From: an uncultured Dehalococcoidia bacterium | Lineage (GTDB): Bacteria; Chloroflexota; Dehalococcoidia; Lucifugimonadales; GCA-2712585 | Direction: 5' to 3' | Assembly (NCBI GenBank): GCA_951812825.1 | Contig: OX638324.1 | Location: 442,459-506,458, forward strand | DNA length: 64,000 nucleotides | Part shown: piece after piece, positions 41,000 to 49,765 of the stretch | Position numbering within the stretch: the first letter of the stretch is position 1 | Layout of the letters: every line of letters starts with the position of its first letter | The notes under the pieces: model-generated | The model's database searches: none | What the model was told of the DNA's origin: nothing | What the model saw: only the letters and a program-made list of their open reading frames with translations | Position numbers and translations under genes: made by a program

Positions 41000-41353
41000 G
41001 GTTTCGACTGTCCAGCCGCCATTTTCCCGCAGAAGTCTTGTCGCTTCAACGCCGGTCCGGATAGGCAGCTGAAACTTGTCTACGTAGCTCTCGAGGTATT
41101 CAGCGAACTCGGATCGGGTGGGAAACAGGGACGTGTGAACTGGAAATGGCATTCCAGGGAGTGAACTGAGGTGTTTGCCGGTGTGCAATCTCGGACTGTC
41201 GTAGACTTGTCCCCACATCCATCCGGCATGCTCTCCCCGTTCGAGTACGACGTTGGAGATGCGCCGCGCGGCCAACTGCTGAGAGACTGCAAGCCCGCCT
41301 GGCCCTCCTCCCACGATGGCGATCCCGAAACGCTCAACCGGCAATTCGTACAA
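41000..41353 (-). pseudogene. Flavin-containing monooxygenase (FMO/CzcO-like) N-terminal fragment, truncated by IS copy B
   Basis: MYELPVERFGIAIVGGGPGGLAVSQQLAARR...HTGKHLSSLPGMPFP... is an FAD GxGxxG fold. The reading frame runs to the exact IS junction, and the IS terminal TGA supplies the stop. Confidence 0.75.
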
Positions 41354-41471
41354 ACTGCCTCACTCCACTCGCACGCCTCATCGCGCGGCCCCTGAGGTGA
41401 GGCCCGTAAGCAACCGGCGCCCGACAAAGCCCACTAACGCCATCGCCGCCTTCCGGGACTTGTTCTACAAC

Positions 41472-43133
41472 CTAGATGGTCAACTCTCTGATAATCTCCG
41501 CGCCGTGGTCGTCCCCGTCGGGCACACCCAGCAGGTTGTCCTTGAACTGGATGTCCCTCACCGCTTGAGCCAACTTAGCTTCGAGGCGCCTGGAAGACCA
41601 GCCCTTTGCCATTATCTGGACAAGAGGAGGATGAAGACGGCCGGACCGTCTCTTCTCCTCGTACTCGATATTCAGGCGGGCCAACTGGTCGTCGATGGCC
41701 CGTCCCAGGCGAATCGCCGACTCATCAGCCACCGGGAGTCGTTTGAGCTCCAATTGCAAGTTGTAACGGGAGGTCTCAGGGTGTCCCACAGCACGATAAT
41801 ACTCTATGCCAATTCCCACCGAACTCTGCGCAGCTTCTACAGCCTGTATCAGCTGTGATACGTGGAGCTTTTCCCCCTCCAGGTTCACCATGTCCCGGCC
41901 CTTTCGCATGAACTCGAGCAGGGGCGTCCTGCCATGGAACCCCGCCACTCTTACTATGTCGTTGATGTCGTACCTGTAGAGGCCATTGGGAGAGGTGAGC
42001 ACAATATAGTAGCTTTCACCGTTTTCCAATTGGCTCACGGTCAGGACGTGAGGGCGGGTACTCTCTATGTCGCCCTCCGGAATAAATTCGTAGAAGTTGG
42101 CGGCAACGGCCAGGATTCCTCTGCAACCCTCGTCTTCAGTAGGGAGGGTGACATAGGCCTCGCTGGAAAGGTATCCGATGTCTCGGAACGGCGTCTCGGT
42201 GCGAAACCAAGGTCTTAGCCTGTCCACCGTCGACCCGACGCTGCCGCCCTTCCAACAGCCCACCAAAGCCAGGTCAGGCCAGTATTCTTTGGGCCGCAGC
42301 GAACCCGTTCCGGCCACGATGCTTTCCAGTTCCCGCGCCCGCTTAGGATTTGGTTTCAGGAATGGGCTGATTTGCCGCCGCACCTCCGAAGATATGTCGA
42401 AATCTTTCGAGACGGCACCGTCGTGAATGTCCTCATATAACCGGTCATGGTGGTTGTCCGCAGTCATTGCCAGCCGCAGTATCGTGCTGGGATTGGGCGT
42501 CGCAATCAAGGAAAGCCTTTGTTCTATGGCAAACCGCATTATGGCATAGTACTTCGCTTCGAAATCCTTGATAGCAAACACAGGGTACGGAACGGCGTAA
42601 CGACGCCGCAAGACCCAAGACGCATTCTTGTATATGTAGCCTGAAGCTGATCCGAAGGGAATGCCACCGTCTGTGCATCCTTCCACGGCAGGGCTGACGA
42701 TTACCAATGCTTTGTGATCGAGAGTCTTGGGATGGTCCACCAGGCACCGGTAAAGCCAGAGTCGCGACAGGCTCTTGGCCGTATCTCCGACGGACCGGTT
42801 TACTGGAATGAACTTCGGCTGGCCGGCTGACCCGCTCGTCAATGCAAACAGGTATGGGTCTTCGCTGGTCAGGACGCGCCGTTCACCCTCCTTGAGCCGA
42901 TCCACCCATGGACGAAAGTCCTCATAGTCCCCGACAGGCACACCGTCTCGGTAGTCCTGTACCGAGTTCATCCTCGAAAATCCATGCTGCCGACCATATG
43001 CCGTATCCTGGTTGGATTTCAGGATACGTTGAAGGAGGTCGCGTTGGACTTCCTCTGGATGCTTCGTCGTGTGCTCAAATCTTCGCCAAGACCAGCGCCC
43101 CTTGAGAGCCAACAATTGTGAGACCGCAGACAT
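41472..43133 (-). CDS. GH3-family protein (ANL-superfamily acyl-acid amido synthetase-like)
   Basis: 553 aa: FEHTTKHPEEVQRDLLQRIL...NSVQDYRDGVPVGDYEDFRPWVDR...LFALTSGSAGQPKFIPV, the conserved bacterial GH3 N-terminus with its adenylation P-loop-like TSGS..G.PK. Confidence 0.75.
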   Translation of the reverse strand: MSAVSQLLALKGRWSWRRFEHTTKHPEEVQRDLLQRILKSNQDTAYGRQHGFSRMNSVQDYRDGVPVGDYEDFRPWVDRLKEGERRVLTSEDPYLFALTSGSAGQPKFIPVNRSVGDTAKSLSRLWLYRCLVDHPKTLDHKALVIVSPAVEGCTDGGIPFGSASGYIYKNASWVLRRRYAVPYPVFAIKDFEAKYYAIMRFAIEQRLSLIATPNPSTILRLAMTADNHHDRLYEDIHDGAVSKDFDISSEVRRQISPFLKPNPKRARELESIVAGTGSLRPKEYWPDLALVGCWKGGSVGSTVDRLRPWFRTETPFRDIGYLSSEAYVTLPTEDEGCRGILAVAANFYEFIPEGDIESTRPHVLTVSQLENGESYYIVLTSPNGLYRYDINDIVRVAGFHGRTPLLEFMRKGRDMVNLEGEKLHVSQLIQAVEAAQSSVGIGIEYYRAVGHPETSRYNLQLELKRLPVADESAIRLGRAIDDQLARLNIEYEEKRRSGRLHPPLVQIMAKGWSSRRLEAKLAQAVRDIQFKDNLLGVPDGDDHGAEIIRELTI

Positions 43134-43135
43134 GA

Positions 43136-45004
43136 TTAACCCTGGACACCCACTCTTACGATGTCATCGGCAAGCCTTTCCAGGGCCTCGTCGTCGACTT
43201 TAACCCCGAGACCTTCGCCTAGGAGAAGGTCCCCTCTTCCCTCGTAACCGAACATAACAGGCTCCGGGGAGATATCTTCGCTCAACAGGTGAGTCCCAAA
43301 CGAACCCTCTACATACTTGACCCCCGGCAGGTGGGCGGCAAGATGCCGACCGGCCGCCGAAAGCAAAGATGTCTCCCCCACCTGGGCTCCCACCTGCACT
43401 TGAATGCCCGCGTCTAATCCGACTTTTGCTATATGGTTTGACGCCAGGAGTCCCCCGCACTTCGAGACCCGAATGTTGAATGCATCGCAAGCTTCCATTC
43501 GGATGAGGCTGTCGGCGTCATTTAGTGTGACCAGGGATTCGTCTGCAATCACTGTGACGCCGGTTTCGTGACGGACCCGAAGCATTCCTTCCAAATCAGA
43601 GGCGGGAACCGGTTGCTCGACCGCTCTGATGTCATATGCTCTTAACCGTTTCAGCGCCGAGACGGCTTCGGAGGCGGTCCAGGCGCCGTTGGCGTCCACC
43701 CTTATCTCTACCCGGTCGCCTGCGGCTTTTCTAACAGCTTCCAGGCGTTGCATATCATCATCGAGGCCGACCTTCACCTTCAGGGTCCTAAACTTAGCCC
43801 GTACATAGCGTGCTGCCGTTTCTCCTGCTGTTTCCGGGTCCGTGGCGTCTATTACGCCTGTGTAAACCACGTGCCCTCGAGCCGGAGCCAGCCAATTAGA
43901 GATGGATTCGCCAGAGCGTTTGAACGTCCAGTCCAGTAGGGCCAACTCTAACGCACACAAGGTCGCATTCCAGGCGACCACATCGGAGCTGGACGCATTG
44001 AGCGACGCACAGCCCTCTATGAAAGACTGTATCTGTTCCAGGGCCTCTGCCCCCGACTCAAGGTTCAGTTTCATGGCCTTAGGTCCCAGCTTGGACCGGA
44101 GCATCTCAACCATCCTGGGAACGTCTTCACCTGTTACGTACGGCCTGGGCAACGCCTCTCCATACCCCGTTAGCCCATCACTTCCCATTAGTCGCACAAT
44201 CACCGAGTCGCTGTTTGACCGGCTCTTCTTGGAGTGGACGAAGGTCTGGGTAAAGGGTATGTGCAGAGGTAGAATTGCTAAAGTGTCAATCCCGCTGGGC
44301 TCAGGCTTCAGTGTCGAATGCGAGCCGCGTGGGAAATACCGGTTCAAAACAACGTTCTCCGCAAACGTCTTCCTTGCGATTCGCTCAAATTCATCAGGTT
44401 GGAATCTGAAATATGAGACATAGCTTAGGATTGTCTGCTTACCTTCTTCTGCGTGCTTGATATCCACTTCCCCATGCAACTTAAACCATTGCACCGCCCC
44501 AGACGAAAGACCGTAGTGGCCGGTCATTGCATTGGCCATACTGTCGCTGACTCTGGAAAGAAAGAACTCAAAGGCGACGGTTTCCAGTAATATTGACAAT
44601 CCCAAATCCTTCAAAGTCCCGTACGGGACTTTGGATGAGCTAAAACGCCGTCGAACCTCGTCTGCTTCAGCGGAGAGCCGAAGTATGTCCTGTTGGGAAA
44701 ACCCCAGCCCTCGGGCTAGGTCGATAAGCATATCTGGATGGGATTTCTCGCTCTCCTCCAATCCCATCTCTTCCAGCAAGTTCTCTTTCACCAAGTTCGA
44801 AGGGCCCCGCGGAACTATGGAATACAGAAACGATAGAATCTGGACTGAGTTAAGGTGCGTGACGATAAAACTCCGGAAAAATGCTCGCACCTCGTCCGGG
44901 ATCATCTCGCCGGACAACAGCGCCTGAACCCGTTTGTCAGCCAGAGCTTCAGACGTGGTTCGTTCGATGAACTCTTTGACATTATCTTCAACCGACATGC
45001 CCAC
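43136..45004 (-). CDS. Fusion protein: N-terminal heme-oxygenase-like (iron-containing redox enzyme family) domain plus C-terminal enolase-superfamily MLE-subgroup domain
   Basis: N-terminal ~230 aa carry LLEEMGLEESEKSHPDML and KLHGEVDIKHAEEG (HO-like/PF14518-type pattern). The C-terminal domain carries LKVKVG (KxK), RVDANGAW, VEQPV, IADES and NIRVSKCGG. The stop lies 2 nt before the GH3 ATG. Confidence 0.7.
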   Translation of the reverse strand: MGMSVEDNVKEFIERTTSEALADKRVQALLSGEMIPDEVRAFFRSFIVTHLNSVQILSFLYSIVPRGPSNLVKENLLEEMGLEESEKSHPDMLIDLARGLGFSQQDILRLSAEADEVRRRFSSSKVPYGTLKDLGLSILLETVAFEFFLSRVSDSMANAMTGHYGLSSGAVQWFKLHGEVDIKHAEEGKQTILSYVSYFRFQPDEFERIARKTFAENVVLNRYFPRGSHSTLKPEPSGIDTLAILPLHIPFTQTFVHSKKSRSNSDSVIVRLMGSDGLTGYGEALPRPYVTGEDVPRMVEMLRSKLGPKAMKLNLESGAEALEQIQSFIEGCASLNASSSDVVAWNATLCALELALLDWTFKRSGESISNWLAPARGHVVYTGVIDATDPETAGETAARYVRAKFRTLKVKVGLDDDMQRLEAVRKAAGDRVEIRVDANGAWTASEAVSALKRLRAYDIRAVEQPVPASDLEGMLRVRHETGVTVIADESLVTLNDADSLIRMEACDAFNIRVSKCGGLLASNHIAKVGLDAGIQVQVGAQVGETSLLSAAGRHLAAHLPGVKYVEGSFGTHLLSEDISPEPVMFGYEGRGDLLLGEGLGVKVDDEALERLADDIVRVGVQG

Positions 45005-45093
45005 CCCTTCGAAAGTTGTCGTTGCGGCTGGATGCCCTGGTGGCGTTTAGGGCTTCATCCTGATGGAAGTATACACCCCTTTTCTAGGTTACC

Positions 45094-45801
45094 TTAGGAC
45101 CTGGACGCGGCGTCAGGGTCACCCATTCGCCTGTTTCCGGGGCGGGGCCTTCCGACAGAATAAACGTGAGGCGGTCCGGCTCTCCCTTCATTCATACGCA
45201 CCCCCAGGTGAACACCGCCCAGGGCTGCCAAGTCATTGAGGTTTGACTCAATCTCGCACCGTGCGGCAGGCAGGTCGTCGAATGACTCCGGGCAAGGTAG
45301 TATCTTGACAAGATGCTTGAGATTGGCCTGATCACCGAGGAATGAGCCGCGCCGAGCGTTACGAAGTATCTCGGCGGTCTTGAGTATACCAGAGAACCGA
45401 TCGACAAACACCCGCCAATCGTCTACCGGCTCACGGAACCAGCCATCCCACTGAAACCCGTTGTCTCACCCCAAGACAGAACCGCCGAAAATAGGCTCGC
45501 ACCCCTCGGGCCGAGCGTAATCGTTTGACATAAGCCTACCGGCCAGGCCGTACCAGGTCGGGTTGTGTGAGGCGGGTAGCCCATCACTAGGACAGAGTGC
45601 CAGGGCTCCCCAGCGTGTGGCATAGGTTTGTTGATCGCCAGGAACTATATACCAGTCATCGCCACATACATTAGTCCACCCCGGGCGTGACTGGTTAAGA
45701 CAATTATCAGGTCTTGGTTTTGAGGTCAACCACCTCCTTAGGGGCCGCAAGCCTTTAATGGGGAGAAAGCCTTTTTTGATTGCTGGTTCCCTCGATGACA
45801 A
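45094..45801 (-). pseudogene. Hypothetical ORF interrupted by one in-frame TGA (45466-45468)
   Basis: ORF-track entries 45466-45801 and 45094-45411 are in the same frame. My translation across the gap reads ...IFGGSVLG*DNGFQWDGWFREPVDDWRVFVDRF... No family recognised. Confidence 0.3.
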
Positions 45802-45960
45802 TCTGGTAGCTGGAGTTGGCCAGCCGGTCGAGGGCGCTGTTGCCGAGGGTGGGATCGTCGAAGAGACTGAGCCATTCCTCCACGGCCCTATTGGATGTGA
45901 TGACGAAACTGGAGACCCGGTGACGGCTGATTATGAGTTGGTACAGATCAGCCGACTGCT
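45755..45960 (-). pseudogene. istB: IS21-family IstB helper ATPase, C-terminal fragment
   Basis: ...ADLYQLIISRHRVSSFVITSNRAVEEWLSLFDDPTLGNSALDRLANSSYQIVIEG matches the IstB C-terminus (LF.LI..RYE..S.I.TSN....EW...F.D..L..A.LDRL.H.S..I.I.G). The N-terminal two-thirds are absent. Confidence 0.7.
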
Positions 45961-45966
45961 GGGATG

Positions 45967-47232
45967 TAAGGCGATGGAGGCCATCATCGAGTCGGTGGAC
46001 GAATTCTACAGCGAAAATCTGGCCCAAGAGGTTATGAAAGGGTTGAGGGAGGCAGCGTCAAGAGGCTTTTGGATGGCTCCCTATGTGCCTTTCGGATATC
46101 GGCGAGTGTATGTGCGTGACGGTGCGAAAAAGAGGCCAAGGCTTGAGGTGGACGAGGATAAGGCCGCCGTGGTCCGGCGCATTTTCAGGTTGACCCTTCA
46201 GGGGAGAAGCCCAGTTGAAATCATCAGGATTCTTAACGATGAAGGGATAGCTAGCCCCAGAGAAAAACTCTGGCTCAAGACCACCGTGCAAAAGGTCTTG
46301 GTCAATGAGTCCTACACAGGGACCCTCATTTGGGGCCGCTCATCCAAGGATGGGACTCCGCACGTGCGAGTGAACGGTGCCTTTCCGGCACTCGTCACCA
46401 TGCGTGATTTCCGTCAGGTAGCAGAAGTGCTACAATCTCGTGCACCCAATAGGATACATCCCAGAAGGGCTACTAGCCCCTATCTCCTCAGCGGTCTTGC
46501 CAAATGCGAGCCCTGCCGGAAGGCACTCACCGCCGCAGAGGCGAAGAGCGGAAAATACAGCTATTACGTATGCCAGTCTTTATTGAAGAGAGGACGAAGG
46601 TCCTGCAACACTCCGAGGCTTAATGCCAAGTACTTTGAAGGCTTAATCGTCGGAAGCATACGAGACAACATTCTTACTGAGTCCAACATCACAGACTTGG
46701 TAAGGATAGCGAACGAGGAGATGGACGATGTGGCCAAGGATCAGCGGAAGGCACTCAGAACCATTCGGAGAGAGCTAGGAGACGTCAAACGCCGATTGGC
46801 GAGAATCTGGGAGGTGATAGAGACATCAAAATCGACCTCGACGATGCCGCAGAACGGTTGGCGGAACTCCGGGAAAGAAAGAAGAAACTCGAGGTTGCTG
46901 AAGAGGAGACCGAAAACAATCTGAAGCAAAGACGCGAAGCGTTGGAAAAGATGAAATCGGTAGCGACTTTCGCCAAAGAAATGAGGGAGTACCTTAAGAC
47001 AAGCGAACTGACTGAGACGCGGTCCTTCATCAGGTCCTTCGTGAACGATATAGAGGTGCGGCGCGGGAGGGCCATAATCCGCTACAGCATACCGACACCG
47101 GATGACAGCCCCATAGAGGTAGACGACACCATGCTCCTGGCACTAGGGAACGAAGTTCGCAGTATTGAACCCTTTGGTGGCGCATACGGGGTTCGAACCC
47201 GTGATCTCCGCCTTGAGAGGGCGGTGTCCTAG
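45967..47232 (+). pseudogene. Large serine recombinase, 5'-truncated and frameshifted
   Basis: It starts mid-domain (AIIESVDEFYSENLAQEVMKGL). The Recombinase domain (PFGYRRV...AAVVRRIF...GRSPVEIIRILNDEGI...W...VQKVLVNESYTGT) and zinc ribbon (LAKCEPCRKAL...YSYYVCQ) are present. The coiled-coil tail continues in another frame from ~46820 (ORF 46858-47232). Confidence 0.75.
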
Positions 47233-47251
47233 TCCACTAGACGAATGCGCC
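47175..47251 (-). tRNA. tRNA-Glu (anticodon CUC), CCA encoded
   Basis: The reverse complement is GGCGCATTCGTCTAGTGGACTAGGACACCGCCCTCTCAAGGCGGAGATCACGGGTTCGAACCCCGTATGCGCCACCA. Its architecture parallels E. coli tRNA-Glu and the anticodon loop is CTCTCAA. Confidence 0.9.
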
Positions 47252-47283
47252 AACTGCGTTCGCCATTTTATCACACCTTTCTC

Positions 47284-47311
47284 TTGTCTACAAAACCGGC
47301 TGTAGTATAAT
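47284..47311 (+). promoter_or_regulatory. Sigma70-type promoter candidate for tRNA-Gln
   Basis: TTGTCT (47284-47289), 16-nt spacer, TATAAT (47306-47311), 18 nt before the tRNA 5' end. Confidence 0.6.
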
Positions 47312-47329
47312 CTTAGTGGCCGACCACAC

Positions 47330-47403
47330 TGCCGAGTGGTGTAGTGGTAGCACTCGTGACTCTGGATCACGCAACCCTGGTTCGAATCCAGGCTCGGCAG
47401 CCA
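47330..47403 (+). tRNA. tRNA-Gln (anticodon CUG), CCA encoded; putative ICE attachment site
   Basis: TGCCGAGTGGTGTAGTGGTAGCACTCGTGACTCTGGATCACGCAACCCTGGTTCGAATCCAGGCTCGGCAGCCA, with a U1-A72 pair and anticodon loop CTCTGGA. Confidence 0.9.
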
Positions 47404-47476
47404 CCACACTCTCTTTCTTATGCCAATTTTGGCCATTTTACGGCTCTTGCACGCCTAGCAATCGCATTAGCCTGTC

Positions 47477-47505
47477 TTGATTTGTCAAAAGCAATCCGAT
47501 AGAAT
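47477..47505 (+). promoter_or_regulatory. Promoter candidate for the integrase gene
   Basis: TTGATT (47477-47482), 17-nt spacer, TAGAAT (47500-47505). Confidence 0.45.
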
Positions 47506-47514
47506 CCCATAACA

Positions 47515-47536
47515 AATGTGGTACCAATGTGGTACC
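47515..47536 (+). repeat. Tandem 11-bp direct repeat (AATGTGGTACC x2) between promoter and int start
   Basis: Read directly. Each unit contains the palindrome GGTACC. The position fits an arm-type, operator-like site. Confidence 0.6.
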
Positions 47537-47568
47537 ATTACGGACAAGAGGCGAGATAAGAAGAGAGT

Positions 47569-48723
47569 ATGGCAAGACTAACAGCAACAAAAGTAAAGTC
47601 GCTGAAGAGGCCCGGACGCTACGGAGATGGCGCCGGACTCTATTTGGTAGTGAGACCCAGCGGCTCAAAAGCTTGGGTACAACGCATCGTAATTGACGGC
47701 AAGCGCAAGGATATTGGTCTAGGTGGTTTCCCGGCTATCGGCCTCAAAGATGCCCGAGCAAAGGCTTTGGCCAACCGCAACAATGTTGCGACCGGCGGCA
47801 ATCCAGTGGCGGCAAAGCGCAAGGCGACACTGCCTACTTTTGACGAAATGTCCATGAAGTACCTTGCCACCAACGCTCCGCGCTGGAAGAATACAAAAAC
47901 CAGCCAGAATTTCAAGCAGACCTTAGAGCGATACGCCCTTCCCATGCTGGGAGGAATGCGAATAGACAGAATTCAACGCAGCCATGTCCTGGACGTCCTT
48001 GACCCGATATGGACGTCAAAGCCGTCTATGGCTCGCAAGCTAAGACAGAGGCTACGGGCTATCTTCGCTTACGCAATGGCTCACCACGGAGAAATCGTCT
48101 ACAATCCCGCTGGCGATGTTATCAACGCGGCCCTTCCTCCTGTCCCTTCCGTAAAAGCGCATTTTCGGGCCTTGCCCTATGAAGAAGTGGAAGAGGCCCT
48201 AAAAATCGTCGGTGATTCCCGCGCGTCAATTGTGGCAAGGTCCTGCCTCAGGTTCCTGGTTCTCACTGCAGTGCGCTCAGGCGAAGCTAGGAACGCGACA
48301 TGGAATGAAATTGATCTCAACGCTGCTACCTGGACAATTCCTGGCGAGCGCATGAAAGCAGGCCGCGAGCATCGAGTACCTCTATCTCAGCAAGCCCTAG
48401 AAGTGCTTCAGTTGGTAAGAATATTGGATGACAATAGCGGACTAGTTTTTCCTAGCCCGAAGCGACTTGGACGCCCGCTTTCCGATATGACTCTAACCAA
48501 GCTGCTCAGAGACAATGGCCTCTCCGAACGCTCGACAGTCCATGGATTCAGGACCAGCTTCAAGACGTGGTGTATGGAACGAACTAACGTAGGCTGGGCA
48601 GTCGGTGAGTCCGCGCTGGCTCATTCGCTAGGCAATAGTACCGAGCAAGCCTATGCTCGTTCGGATCTGTTTGAAAAGCGGCGGGCCTTGATGCAAGCTT
48701 GGGCAGATTACTTGCTCGGCTGA
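47569..48723 (+). CDS. int: Tyrosine-type site-specific integrase, P4-like (DUF4102 N-terminus)
   Basis: MARLTATKVKSLKRPGRYGDGAGLYLVVRPSGSKAWVQRIVIDGKR.DIGLG is the P4-integrase N-terminus. Catalytic R (LTAVRSGEAR), HxxR (HGFRTSFKTW) and Y (EQAYARSD) are present. Confidence 0.9.
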   Translation: MARLTATKVKSLKRPGRYGDGAGLYLVVRPSGSKAWVQRIVIDGKRKDIGLGGFPAIGLKDARAKALANRNNVATGGNPVAAKRKATLPTFDEMSMKYLATNAPRWKNTKTSQNFKQTLERYALPMLGGMRIDRIQRSHVLDVLDPIWTSKPSMARKLRQRLRAIFAYAMAHHGEIVYNPAGDVINAALPPVPSVKAHFRALPYEEVEEALKIVGDSRASIVARSCLRFLVLTAVRSGEARNATWNEIDLNAATWTIPGERMKAGREHRVPLSQQALEVLQLVRILDDNSGLVFPSPKRLGRPLSDMTLTKLLRDNGLSERSTVHGFRTSFKTWCMERTNVGWAVGESALAHSLGNSTEQAYARSDLFEKRRALMQAWADYLLG

Positions 48724-48757
48724 ACCGATTGCTGCCTAAAAAATTGCAAAGGCTCAA

Positions 48758-48991
48758 CTAGCCAACCTGACTCCCCGCTACTGGTCGCGATTCGATCCAG
48801 GCCATGATGTCACTTGCCTTCCACCTCACGGCGCCGGGACCAATCTTCACAGGCCGTGGAAGATCACTTATTTCCATTAACCGATAGATTGAAGATCGAC
48901 TCAATCCGGTAATTTTCTCGACCTCTCGCCGTCTCAATAGTCTGTCTTGCAAAACTCCCTCCTCCTCATTGGTTAAGTTATTGCAGCGCAT
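48758..48991 (-). CDS. alpA: AlpA-family HTH regulator / excisionase-like protein
   Basis: LLRRREVEKITGLSRSSIYRLMEISDLPRPVKIGPGAVRWKASDIMAWIESRP. The start is uncertain. A TTG at 48952 preceded by GGAGGAGGGAG is a good alternative. Confidence 0.8.
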   Translation of the reverse strand: MRCNNLTNEEEGVLQDRLLRRREVEKITGLSRSSIYRLMEISDLPRPVKIGPGAVRWKASDIMAWIESRPVAGSQVG

Positions 48992-49765
48992 AGTTTGGCT
49001 TTCGGAAACAATCACTACACGGACCCCACAATTGGCAGAGGCTAGCCCGGATGGAAGAAAACATCTCTCCGAGACCGGGCGATGCCTGGGTTGGAGATGG
49101 AGCAAGTTCCCGTCTTCTGTACGCTGTGGATTTTGCCTTTGGTTCCATGCCTGAATTCTGAGGAGTCGGGTGATGAATTGTCATGGCTTGTGAGGGGGCC
49201 TCGCGTGAGAGGCCCCTCACCCGGTGTTTGCATTTATCGGCCTGATTTACGGATATTCCCGTACACCGTAATTGCAAGCTTGGATTAAGAGCCGTTTCTG
49301 TGCCAATTCGCTCCAGAATAGGACAATAATTGGTCCTCCAAGAGCGGTCGTTGACAGCACTGTGTGGTAAGGGATCATTCCCCCGTTTAGGGTCATTTTG
49401 GACGAGCTATCATCGTTAACTTGGCGTCAACGAGAGCAGGATTTGCTCCAAGGGAGTAATCGATTCAAGGGACAAGGCCTTGCTCGGAGACTTGGATGCC
49501 CCTACGGGATATAGACTATTAGGCAGGCCAACTCATGAGGGGCATGTCAAGAACGAGACCCGTGCGCAGGTGACGGGAATAAGGGGACAGCAATAATGGT
49601 TGACGCGAATCACCAATGGCGGAGAAGGCCACGTAGGTTGAGATTCCGTGTCCTAAACCGCCCGTAGGGGAGTTGGGCGAATGCCATTGCGGTGAATTGC
49701 GCCGCGGTTACTCTCGTGCCGTGGCTCTCCTGGAGACAGTTGTTGCAACGTAGGTTGCGGCGAAT

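Noticed and set aside
30120-41010. Target-site duplications or an inversion signature at the four IS junctions.
   Set aside because: The flanks (gtatcc|IS|gaaaac and cccat|IS|ggtttc) give no matching 3-4-bp direct repeats in direct, swapped (post-inversion) or composite pairings. The shared CC before both IRL ends and the GAAACC/GAAAACC resemblance look coincidental. Joining those flanks does not restore an FMO-like reading frame.
45466-45468. In-frame TGA as a possible selenocysteine codon.
   Set aside because: I saw no convincing SECIS-like hairpin in the ~40 nt downstream, no Cys-containing redox motif around it, and the gene sits among mobile-element debris. Pseudogene or sequencing error is more likely.
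45758-45966. N-terminal 70 aa of the 388-aa ORF 45758-46924.
   Set aside because: This part is the antisense of the istB fragment. Recognisable serine-recombinase sequence only begins around 45967.
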